From Flammeovirgaceae bacterium (GTDB lineage Bacteria > Bacteroidota > Bacteroidia > Cytophagales > MED-G16), in assembly GCA_038113315.1 (NCBI GenBank), contig JAYNOQ010000003.1, forward strand, positions 1 through 46,205: DNA of 46,205 bases, written 5' to 3'. Below the pieces are notes generated by a model. The model ran no database searches and was not told the origin of the DNA. It saw nothing but the letters and a program-made list of their open reading frames with translations. Shown here one piece after another: positions 1-7,498 of the stretch (positions are counted from its first letter, which is position 1; every line of letters starts with the position of its first letter). The position numbers and the translations under genes were made by a program.

Positions 1-260
1 TTTACATCTGTAGAAAACTCAATAATAGTAGGGCTATTAGCACCTGCTCTCCATAGTTCATTATAAGGAACTAAATCACCAAAAATAGTTCTTCCTTTTA
101 CTCCAGGAGAAGAATATTTTATTGATAAATTGGTCATTCCAACATTTTGAGAAACTGAGGCTTGAGGACTTGCAACAGGACTTAAATATTCTCTAGCTGT
201 TTGAGCATTTAGAGAATAACTAAAGAATAATAGTATTAATAATTTATATGTACTTTTCAT
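1..260 (-). CDS. DUF2911 family exported protein (5' part only; gene runs off the left edge of the window)
   Basis: Reverse-strand ATG at 260..258 opens a frame that stays open to position 1. The translation is MKSTYKLLILLFFSYSLNAQTAREYLSPVASPQASVSQNVGMTNLSIKYSSPGVKGRTIFGDLVPYNELWRAGANSPT... It has a Sec signal and the SP...VG.T.I.I.YS.P..KGR.IFG.LVPY...WR.GAN pattern typical of DUF2911. It is a paralog of the CDS at 21261..21821. It is absent from the ORF track because it is truncated. Confidence 0.6.
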   Translation of the reverse strand, partial: MKSTYKLLILLFFSYSLNAQTAREYLSPVASPQASVSQNVGMTNLSIKYSSPGVKGRTIFGDLVPYNELWRAGANSPTIIEFSTDV

Positions 261-303
261 AATGTTATATTTTATTTAAATCAGATTTATTAACAAAAAT
301 AAA

Positions 304-1191
304 TTATTTCCAAAGATTTGAGGGGTAAATATTATTTTCTATAAGGTTTTTTATTTTGTTTTTAACAATATTACTATCCTCCTTGTAGGTTACACCAAAC
401 CAATTCTCATCAGTAACATCAATATAAACATTTTCTTTACCTACAACCTCTGGTAATAAAAATTCTTTTTTAGGTTCATTAATATTTTTATTCAAAAAGA
501 TTTTAAATTCTTTGTTAAGCAAAGAAAAAATTGACTTTTGAAAACCAAATAAATTCATAGCTACTTTTGTCCCAATAGGGTGTTGAACTTTTCCTCCATT
601 AAAATTTCCTTCTACTATATTTCCATTTCTTATTAAATCGTGAGTTTCCTCAATATTTATGAGTTTATTTCCTTCTATAATACAAACACCTCTGGATACT
701 CCACCATTTTCAGATAATGTATTTTCAATAAGATAAGAGATAGTTGAAACCTTAATGTTATTTGATTCAATATGATTAAGAGTTTCATATGCTTTTTCAA
801 ATGCACCATATCCATAAAAATCATCAGCATTTATTGTAATAAATGATTCTTCAATCACATTTTCACAACAAAGAATTGCTTGTCCAGTGCCCCACGGTTT
901 TTCTCTTTTTTCGGGAAGAAGATATTCGCCCAGGCCGTATATAGGATCTTGAATTACTATTTCAAGTGAAACATTATTTATGCTAGAAAATATTTTTTGA
1001 TATTTTTCTTTAAAATATCCTTCTAATTTGGGTGAAGATAAAATTACAACTTTGTTGAATCCTGCCTTAATAGCATCGAATATTGAATAATCTAAGATAG
1101 ATTCATTATTTGGACCGAAACTATCAACCTGTTTAAGGCCTCCATAACGACTTCCCATTCCGCCAGCCATTATGATAATAGATCTATTCAT
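304..1191 (-). CDS. sugar-phosphate nucleotidyltransferase (NTP_transferase superfamily)
   Basis: 295-aa ORF. The N-terminus IIMAGGMGSRYGGLKQ carries the G-x-G-x-R nucleotide-binding signature of sugar nucleotidyltransferases. There is no signal peptide. Confidence 0.6.
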   Translation of the reverse strand: MNRSIIIMAGGMGSRYGGLKQVDSFGPNNESILDYSIFDAIKAGFNKVVILSSPKLEGYFKEKYQKIFSSINNVSLEIVIQDPIYGLGEYLLPEKREKPWGTGQAILCCENVIEESFITINADDFYGYGAFEKAYETLNHIESNNIKVSTISYLIENTLSENGGVSRGVCIIEGNKLINIEETHDLIRNGNIVEGNFNGGKVQHPIGTKVAMNLFGFQKSIFSLLNKEFKIFLNKNINEPKKEFLLPEVVGKENVYIDVTDENWFGVTYKEDSNIVKNKIKNLIENNIYPSNLWK

Positions 1192-1195
1192 TAAT

Positions 1196-1714
1196 TTATT
1201 TACTTAAAGTAAAATTACCTCTTATTTGACTATTCCACCCTCCGCCTTGAGTATAGAATTTTCCATTTAAAACATAAGGTTCCGATCGAAATCTTGATTC
1301 ATGAAATTTAGTCCCCGGTCTCCACCTGATGTATGGCCATCTATTGCACTGATTGTTCCAGCTAGAACCACTATTTGGAACGCAGTCTGTGTATTCTCCA
1401 CCATTAATCTCAAATTCTGTCTCCATAAATTCTACCCAACCATATTTATCAATTGTACCAGAAATTACAAAGGTTGTATTTGATTCTTCAAAAGCACTTA
1501 TTCCTTGAAAAAAACAATCATTAGAAGAAATTATTGATAGTGTTATTTTATGAGTTGTTCCATTAGCTGATGAATTTGTGTAATCCGCTCTACCTTTCCA
1601 TGTACCTATCATTTGCTTTGCTGCATCTTTACAGTCAATTGTGTCTTCTGGTTCATCACATCTCCAACTACTACTTGCTAAAAAAATAAAAAGAAAACTA
1701 ATGAGTGATTTCAT
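1196..1714 (-). CDS. hypothetical exported Cys-containing protein
   Basis: 172-aa ORF with an N-terminal hydrophobic signal (MKSLISFLFIFLASSSW) and several Cys residues. It lies 4 nt upstream of the nucleotidyltransferase gene on the same strand. I recognise no family. Confidence 0.45.
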   Translation of the reverse strand: MKSLISFLFIFLASSSWRCDEPEDTIDCKDAAKQMIGTWKGRADYTNSSANGTTHKITLSIISSNDCFFQGISAFEESNTTFVISGTIDKYGWVEFMETEFEINGGEYTDCVPNSGSSWNNQCNRWPYIRWRPGTKFHESRFRSEPYVLNGKFYTQGGGWNSQIRGNFTLSK

Positions 1715-1834
1715 GTTGCAAAATTAATAATTATAAAAATTAATTTCAATCATTTCAACGTAGTTAGATGCTTATAGTTTTAGAAACTTGCCTTTTTATA
1801 TTGAAACAATATAAATTATTATATTTAGGCAATT

Positions 1835-3613
1835 ATGCAAATATCTTTTCTTGATTGGTTAATAATTTTTTCTTTTTTTGGAATATTTATTCTAATTGGT
1901 ATTGTTACTTCTAAAAAATCCGGAGAAAGTTCAAAAGAGTTTTTTTTATCAGGTAGAAATATGCCTTGGTGGATGTTAGGTATTTCAATGGTAGCAACTA
2001 CTTTTTCTGCAGATACTCCAAATTTAGTTACAAATATTGTTAGAGAAAATGGTGTTTCTGGAAATTGGGTGTGGTGGGCATTTCTTATAACTGGTATGAT
2101 GACAGTTTTCTTTTATGCTAGGTTATGGAGGAGGTCTAAAGTACTAACTGATTTAGAATTTTATGAGTTAAGATATAGTGGAAAACCTGCTAAATACTTA
2201 AGAGCCTTTAGGGCTTTGTATTTAGGTGTTTTCTTTAATGTAATGATAATGGCTTCGGTATGTCTAGCTGGAATAAAAATAGGTGGTATTTTGTTAGGCC
2301 TTTCACCTTTTGAGTGTGTTTTTTATTCATCTTTAATTACTGTAATTTATAGTTCGTTGGGGGGTCTAAGGAGTGTAGTTATAACAGATTTAATTCAATT
2401 TATACTTGCTATGATCGGTTCTTTGTGGGCATGTGTATATATATTGAATCTTGACGCAGTAGGAGGATTAAATAATCTAATTAATAATCCTATATTGATA
2501 GATAAATTAAATTTTTTTCCTGATGTAAATGATAAAGAAACTTTTTTAACAATTTTAATATTACCACTTGCAGTTCAGTGGTGGGCAGTTTGGTATCCAG
2601 GTGCTGAGCCAGGTGGGGGAGGTTACATTGCACAGAGGATGTTATCTGCTAAAGATGAAAAAAGTGCTGTATATTCAACTCTTCTTTTTAATGTTGCTCA
2701 TTATGCTCTCAGGCCATGGCCATGGATACTTATAGCTTTATCTTCTATTATTATTTATCCTTCATTATCAGATATATCAACTGCATTTCCATCAGTTGAT
2801 AAATCAATTATTGGTAATGATATTGCATACCCTGCAATGTTATATTTATTGCCAAGTGGTTTATTAGGTTTAGTATTAGCATCACTTATTGCTGCTTTTA
2901 TGAGTACAATCTCAAGTCATTTAAATTGGGGTGCTTCGTACATTTCCTTAGATTTCTATAAACGTTTTGTAAATAAAGAAGCATCAGAAAAGCAGATAGT
3001 ACTTGTTGGAAGATTATCTACTATTATATTAATGTTTTTTGCTGGCTTTTTAGCTCTTAATTTATCAGATTCTCTAGGTGCTTTTCAAATTTTATTACAA
3101 ATTGGAGCTGGTACAGGTTCTATATTCTTATTAAGATGGTTTTGGTGGAGAGTTAATGCATATAGTGAAATTACTGGTATGATAGTTTCATTTTTACTTG
3201 CAATCTATTTTCAATGGTTTCATTATGAGTTTACTGGAATATATTTGCTATCTCATGAAAAATTATTGTGGAGTGTATTTATTACTACATCTTCTTGGAT
3301 AATTGTTACTTTATTAACAAACCCAACTGAAAATAAAACCTTAATGGTATTTTACAATAAAATAAAACCTTATGGTATTGGCTGGAATGGATTTCTTTTG
3401 AATAATAAAATTCAAATTAAACATAAAGATGAAGACTCTCCAATGAAAGATATATTGTTAATGATTTTAGGCATATTAACTGTTTATTTTGGACTATTTG
3501 GAACAGGATTATTAATTTATGGAAAACTCACATTAGGTACTTTGTTAATTATAATATCTTTCATATCTGCTTATACTACAAATTATATTATGTCAAATAT
3601 AAATAAAAGCTAA
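1835..3613 (+). CDS. sodium:solute symporter (SSS/SLC5) family transporter
   Basis: 592-aa polytopic membrane protein. It contains GGLRSVVITDLIQF, which matches the SSS-family G-G-L-x-x-V-x-x-T-D-x-x-Q signature. The substrate cannot be inferred. Confidence 0.75.
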   Translation: MQISFLDWLIIFSFFGIFILIGIVTSKKSGESSKEFFLSGRNMPWWMLGISMVATTFSADTPNLVTNIVRENGVSGNWVWWAFLITGMMTVFFYARLWRRSKVLTDLEFYELRYSGKPAKYLRAFRALYLGVFFNVMIMASVCLAGIKIGGILLGLSPFECVFYSSLITVIYSSLGGLRSVVITDLIQFILAMIGSLWACVYILNLDAVGGLNNLINNPILIDKLNFFPDVNDKETFLTILILPLAVQWWAVWYPGAEPGGGGYIAQRMLSAKDEKSAVYSTLLFNVAHYALRPWPWILIALSSIIIYPSLSDISTAFPSVDKSIIGNDIAYPAMLYLLPSGLLGLVLASLIAAFMSTISSHLNWGASYISLDFYKRFVNKEASEKQIVLVGRLSTIILMFFAGFLALNLSDSLGAFQILLQIGAGTGSIFLLRWFWWRVNAYSEITGMIVSFLLAIYFQWFHYEFTGIYLLSHEKLLWSVFITTSSWIIVTLLTNPTENKTLMVFYNKIKPYGIGWNGFLLNNKIQIKHKDEDSPMKDILLMILGILTVYFGLFGTGLLIYGKLTLGTLLIIISFISAYTTNYIMSNINKS

Positions 3614-3735
3614 TATTATTTTGGATTGATCTTTAATCTCAAAATATTAGAAATTAAACCTTTTAATAAATTCTCCGTATATTAGTTAATGCTTTTTTTA
3701 GCATTTTAATAATATTATTAACCAAACAAAATAAT

Positions 3736-4461
3736 ATGAATACGTTAAATTTTATTTTAGGAGCGAGTTTACAGCCAGGTGATTTTACTGGTTTTACTTT
3801 CTTCATAGGATCTGTTTCTATGTTAGCTGCTACTGTGTTCTTTTTAGTACAACATGGTCAAGTTGACAAGAAATTCAAAGATTCAATGCTTGTTGCAGCT
3901 CTAATCACTGGTATTGCAGCTGTACATTATTATTACATGAGAGACCAGTGGGCTGAAGGTCTTGGTTCACCGACTGAACTAAGATACGTTGACTGGATCT
4001 TAACTGTACCTTTAATGGTAGTTGAGTTTGCTCTACTTACTGGTGTAGGTATGAGAAAACTATTCTGGGCATCAGTAGTAATGCTTGTTACTGGCTATTT
4101 TGGTGAGTCAGGTGTTACTGGAATGTTAGATGCTCAAACTTGGGGTGCTATTTCAGGAGCTGCATATTTCTATATGGCTTATGAAGTAGGATGTCTGTCA
4201 ATTTTTGGTGGACCTTCTGGTGATGTAGGTAATGCTTTAGCAAGTGCCAAGGGTAAAATACCTGCTGCTGGTAGAATGTTACAGTGGTTTGTCTTAGTAG
4301 GATGGGCTATTTATCCATTAGGTTATATGATGGGAACTGACGGTTGGTATACTGGATTAGTTGCTGGTCTTCCTTTAGACATGGATATTGTATATAATAT
4401 CGGTGATGCTATAAACAAAATTGGATTTGGTATGGCTGTATGGTCAGCTGCTAGAGACTAA
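3736..4461 (+). CDS. proteorhodopsin, light-driven outward H+ pump, green-tuned (Met at GPR position 105)
   Basis: 241-aa protein with seven transmembrane helices. RYVDWILTVPLMVVEF aligns to GPR R94-Y-I-D97-W-L-L-T101-V-P-L-L105-I-C-E108-F. This gives Asp acceptor D86, T90 and Glu donor E97 (DTE motif), with M94 at the spectral-tuning site. HYYYMRD matches the PR-specific His75. WAIYPLGY forms the retinal pocket. DAINKIGFG supplies counterion D224 and Schiff-base Lys K228 (AAA codon at 4417..4419). Confidence 0.93.
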   Translation: MNTLNFILGASLQPGDFTGFTFFIGSVSMLAATVFFLVQHGQVDKKFKDSMLVAALITGIAAVHYYYMRDQWAEGLGSPTELRYVDWILTVPLMVVEFALLTGVGMRKLFWASVVMLVTGYFGESGVTGMLDAQTWGAISGAAYFYMAYEVGCLSIFGGPSGDVGNALASAKGKIPAAGRMLQWFVLVGWAIYPLGYMMGTDGWYTGLVAGLPLDMDIVYNIGDAINKIGFGMAVWSAARD

Positions 4462-4482
4462 TTTTAATAGCTATTAAAAATT

Positions 4483-4513
4483 AAAAGGTGAGGTTTTCCT
4501 CACCTTTTTTTTT
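4483..4513 (+). terminator. rho-independent terminator of the proteorhodopsin gene
   Basis: It starts 22 nt after the PR stop codon. The structure is AAAA-GGTGAGG (4487..4493), loop TTTT, CCTCACC (4498..4504), then a run of 9 T. This perfect 7-bp GC-rich stem can be extended by A:T pairs. Confidence 0.8.
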
Positions 4514-4523
4514 ATATTTTCCT

Positions 4524-5399
4524 ATGGTTTCAACCAATCAAAGTATAATTACTTCAAAAATCATTGGATTAATTTTTTCTTTATCACTGATTTTCTTTGA
4601 CATAGGCGATTCTTATTCCAGTATTATCTTTATTTTGGTAATGCTTACTATTGGAATTCCTCATGGTTCAGTAGATCATATTATTGCTTTTTTAAATCCT
4701 GAGTCTAGGAGATTTAGTAGCAGATTTAGTTTCTTTTCTGTCTATTTAGCATTAATTGTTGTTAATATTCTTATATGGATATTTTCTCCTTTTTTAGGAT
4801 TATTTGTTTTTCTACTGGTATCATGTTATCATTTTGGCGAGACTCAAGTTATAGGATATAACTCAACGGATAATAAACTTTTAAACTTTGTAATAGGAGC
4901 AAATATTTTATTATCCCTATTTCTAAATAATATATTTGAATTACAGACAATTCTTGTTGATTTCACTTTTTTTAGTTCTATAGACCTCTCATTTTTTGAA
5001 AAGATATTTTTTTTATTGATATCAGTTGCTGTACTAATGATGTCAGTTGTATATTTTGATATCAAAAGAAAAGTTCCGTTGTATGCGGAACTTTCCATAC
5101 TTTATTTAATATTTTATCATACAGATATATTAACCTCATTCTCAATATTTTTTGGTTTTTCTCATTCTTTGCCAATGCTTTTAATGGAATATGAAGAAAT
5201 GAAAGAAAAAAGTTTTTTCAGGTTTTATATTAAGACTCTGCCATTCACTTTACTTGCAGTTGTTTTTGGATTAGTTCTTTATTATTTCAATAATAATATT
5301 TTGACAACTGATAACTTAATTCTATTTGTTTTTATAATTATTTCGAGCCTTACTTTGCCCCATGTATTTATTATGAAAGATTTTGTAAACGATAAGTAG
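4524..5399 (+). CDS. blh: beta-carotene 15,15'-dioxygenase, Brp/Blh family (retinal synthesis)
   Basis: Polytopic membrane protein with the four conserved His-containing Blh motifs: GIPHGSVDH, SCYHFGE, FGFSHSLP and LTLPHVF. It sits directly downstream of the opsin gene. I moved the start to the ATG at 4524, because the ORF-track GTG at 4488 lies inside the PR terminator hairpin. Confidence 0.85.
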   Translation: MVSTNQSIITSKIIGLIFSLSLIFFDIGDSYSSIIFILVMLTIGIPHGSVDHIIAFLNPESRRFSSRFSFFSVYLALIVVNILIWIFSPFLGLFVFLLVSCYHFGETQVIGYNSTDNKLLNFVIGANILLSLFLNNIFELQTILVDFTFFSSIDLSFFEKIFFLLISVAVLMMSVVYFDIKRKVPLYAELSILYLIFYHTDILTSFSIFFGFSHSLPMLLMEYEEMKEKSFFRFYIKTLPFTLLAVVFGLVLYYFNNNILTTDNLILFVFIIISSLTLPHVFIMKDFVNDK

Positions 5400-5401
5400 A
5401 A

Positions 5402-6109
5402 ATGGATATTGATTATGCAATTTCTTTTTTATCAAATGAGTGGATTATAGCCAATTCTTTGTCATTATCATATCTTATTATTTGTTTAATAATTGGAAAA
5501 TATTCTTCAAAAAACTTTGTGAAGAAATTTGCTATTGTTTTTGTCTACTTTTTTATAGTAATGTATATACTATTTCATTATTTTCATTTTATTGATGGGA
5601 CATGGAGTTTAAATAAAAGACTTCCACTTCATCTATGTGGTATATCATCTCTAATTACTTGTGTCATTCTTTTTGTAGACAAAAAACAATTTCTATTTGA
5701 AATTCTATTTTATGCAGGAATTTTAGGAGGTATAAATGCATTATTGACACCTTTAATTGATAATTATACTGGTAAGAATTTTTTTTATTTTGAATACTTT
5801 TATAGTCATACCTCTATAATTATTCTTCCCTTATATATGTATTACTTTATGGATATGAGATTATCTAAATACTCTTGGTTAAAATCATTTATATTTATAA
5901 ATGTACTCTTGATTATTATCATGCCAATAGATTTTATGATTGACGCTAATTATATGTATCTTAAATATCCTCCAGCTGTTGATCACCCATTTGTTTCTGG
6001 TGATTGGCCATACTATCTTGTTAATTTAGAATTTGTTGTATTTTTTCTCCTTTATTTCACTTATCATCTATTTAATTCACCTCTTTTGAGGAACAAATTA
6101 AAAAACTAA
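5402..6109 (+). CDS. TIGR02206 / YwaF / TMEM164-like integral membrane protein, function unknown
   Basis: 235-aa protein with about 7 transmembrane helices. It has the LPLHLCG motif and the overall layout I associate with the TIGR02206 (PF14808) family. The start codon is 2 nt after the blh stop. Confidence 0.55.
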   Translation: MDIDYAISFLSNEWIIANSLSLSYLIICLIIGKYSSKNFVKKFAIVFVYFFIVMYILFHYFHFIDGTWSLNKRLPLHLCGISSLITCVILFVDKKQFLFEILFYAGILGGINALLTPLIDNYTGKNFFYFEYFYSHTSIIILPLYMYYFMDMRLSKYSWLKSFIFINVLLIIIMPIDFMIDANYMYLKYPPAVDHPFVSGDWPYYLVNLEFVVFFLLYFTYHLFNSPLLRNKLKN

Positions 6110-6122
6110 ACGTTCTAATTCT

Positions 6123-7181
6123 ATGCAGTTTGGTTTTTTAAAAGATAATGAACCTAGAGTTTCAATTACTCCCTCTACTTTAGATAAATTTATTTCACTT
6201 GGGCATAAAGTTTTTATAGAAAAAAATGCTGGCTTTCAATCAGGATTTTCTGATTCAGAATATAGTAATGCTACGTTTTATTCAAGAAAAGATTTAATTA
6301 ATAATAGCGATATTATTTTATCTGTAAGCTCTTCCAGTCTTGGATCACTTAATGATTATAAAGGAAAAATTCTTGTCTCAAATTTTAGTGTCGATCCAAA
6401 TAGAGAAAAATTAAAAAAGGAAATAGAAAAATATAAAATCACAGCATTTGATCTTTCAATGATTCCAAGAACTACGATTGCTCAGAGTATGGATATTTTA
6501 TCTTCAATGGCAGGATTATCTGGATATAAAGCAATAATTAAGGCTGCTGAGTTATTACCTAAAATATTTCCAATGACTATAACTGCCGCAGGTAGTATAA
6601 AGCCAGTGAAAGTTGTTGTTTTAGGTGCAGGTGTTGCTGGATTACAAGCTATAGCTACGGCTAAAAGACTTGGTGCAATAGTAGAAGCATCTGATCCACG
6701 ACAAGCTGCAAAAGAAGAAGTATTAAGTTTGGGAGCAAAATTTATAGAAGTGGAAGGGGCTGTAGAAGATAAATCTGCAGGTGGATATGCTGTAAAACAA
6801 TCAAAAGAGTATTTATCAAAACAAAAAGAAGAAGTATCAAAAAGACTAGTAAAGGCAGATGTAGTGATAACTACTGCTCAAGTATTTGGTTCAAAGTCAC
6901 CAGTATTAATTTCTAAAGCAATAGTAGAAAAAATGAATTCTGGTACAGTTATTGTCGATTTAGCCTCATCTACTGGTGGAAATTGCGAACTAACTCAAGA
7001 CTCAAAAATAATTGACCACAATGGTATTAAGATCGTAGGTAATTCTTATCTATCAACTGAATTATCTCATGATGCAAGTAATCTTTTCTCTAATAATGTA
7101 TTTAATTTCATTAACCACATTATAAAGGATAATGAGCTAATTGATGAAGATGATGATATTTTAAAAAGCTGTAAAATTTAA
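6123..7181 (+). CDS. pntAA: NAD(P) transhydrogenase subunit alpha part 1 (dI, NAD(H)-binding)
   Basis: 352 aa. It has the alanine-dehydrogenase/PNT fold with the Rossmann motif VVVLGAGVAGLQAIATAKRLGA. It is followed by the small membrane alpha-2 subunit and the beta subunit. Confidence 0.88.
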   Translation: MQFGFLKDNEPRVSITPSTLDKFISLGHKVFIEKNAGFQSGFSDSEYSNATFYSRKDLINNSDIILSVSSSSLGSLNDYKGKILVSNFSVDPNREKLKKEIEKYKITAFDLSMIPRTTIAQSMDILSSMAGLSGYKAIIKAAELLPKIFPMTITAAGSIKPVKVVVLGAGVAGLQAIATAKRLGAIVEASDPRQAAKEEVLSLGAKFIEVEGAVEDKSAGGYAVKQSKEYLSKQKEEVSKRLVKADVVITTAQVFGSKSPVLISKAIVEKMNSGTVIVDLASSTGGNCELTQDSKIIDHNGIKIVGNSYLSTELSHDASNLFSNNVFNFINHIIKDNELIDEDDDILKSCKI

Positions 7182-7183
7182 TT

Positions 7184-7498
7184 ATGAATGAGATATTAAA
7201 CTTTTTAATTGAAAACGAGATATTGATATATCTTCTTCTATTTACTATTTTATTAGGTTTTGAGGTAATATCAAAGGTCCCTTCGGTTCTTCATACACCT
7301 CTGATGTCTGGTGCTAATGCAATTAGTGGAATTGTTATTTTAGGTGCTATAATTTTGATAAGAACTACTGAACCAGATAATTATATTACTCTTATTCTTG
7401 CTAGCGTAGCTTTATTTGTTGGATCAATCAATGTTTTTGGGGGCTTTTTTGTTACAAATAGAATGTTAGAAATGTTTAATAAAAAGAAAAAGAGTTAA
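7184..7498 (+). CDS. pntAB: NAD(P) transhydrogenase subunit alpha part 2 (membrane dII segment)
   Basis: 104-aa hydrophobic protein with 3-4 transmembrane helices, located between pntAA and pntB. This is the typical split-alpha arrangement. Confidence 0.85.
   Translation: MNEILNFLIENEILIYLLLFTILLGFEVISKVPSVLHTPLMSGANAISGIVILGAIILIRTTEPDNYITLILASVALFVGSINVFGGFFVTNRMLEMFNKKKKS

Noticed and set aside
3688-3705. Small hairpin AATGCT-T6-AGCATT about 30 nt upstream of the proteorhodopsin ATG, a possible SSS-gene terminator or PR leader structure
   Set aside because: The stem is only 6 bp with 2 G:C pairs, and the downstream T-tract is weak. It cannot be distinguished from chance in AT-rich DNA. 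It is worth re-examining only if transcript ends map here.
3614-3735. Attempt to locate a Bacteroidota-type promoter (TTTG at -33, TAnnTTTG at -7) for the PR gene, and likewise in the divergent spacers 1715..1834, 15093..15200, 19610..19669, 27772..27835, 39595..39658 and 42666..42743
   Set aside because: I found only imperfect matches, for example TATTTTG at 3617..3623. I cannot call promoters reliably by eye, so none are reported as features.
3736-4461. Possibility that the rhodopsin is a Na+ pump (NDQ), a Cl- pump (NTQ) or a sensory or heliorhodopsin type
   Set aside because: The helix-C motif is D-T-E (D86/T90/E97), and the PR-specific His (H64) and D224/K228 are present. This is the canonical outward proton-pump configuration.
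4488-4523. ORF-track N-terminal extension of blh, starting at GTG 4488 (MRFSSPFFLYFP...)
   Set aside because: These 36 nt are the PR terminator hairpin and its T-tract, and the Phe/Ser/Pro-rich peptide is just translated poly-T. The in-frame ATG at 4524 gives a normal Blh N-terminus.
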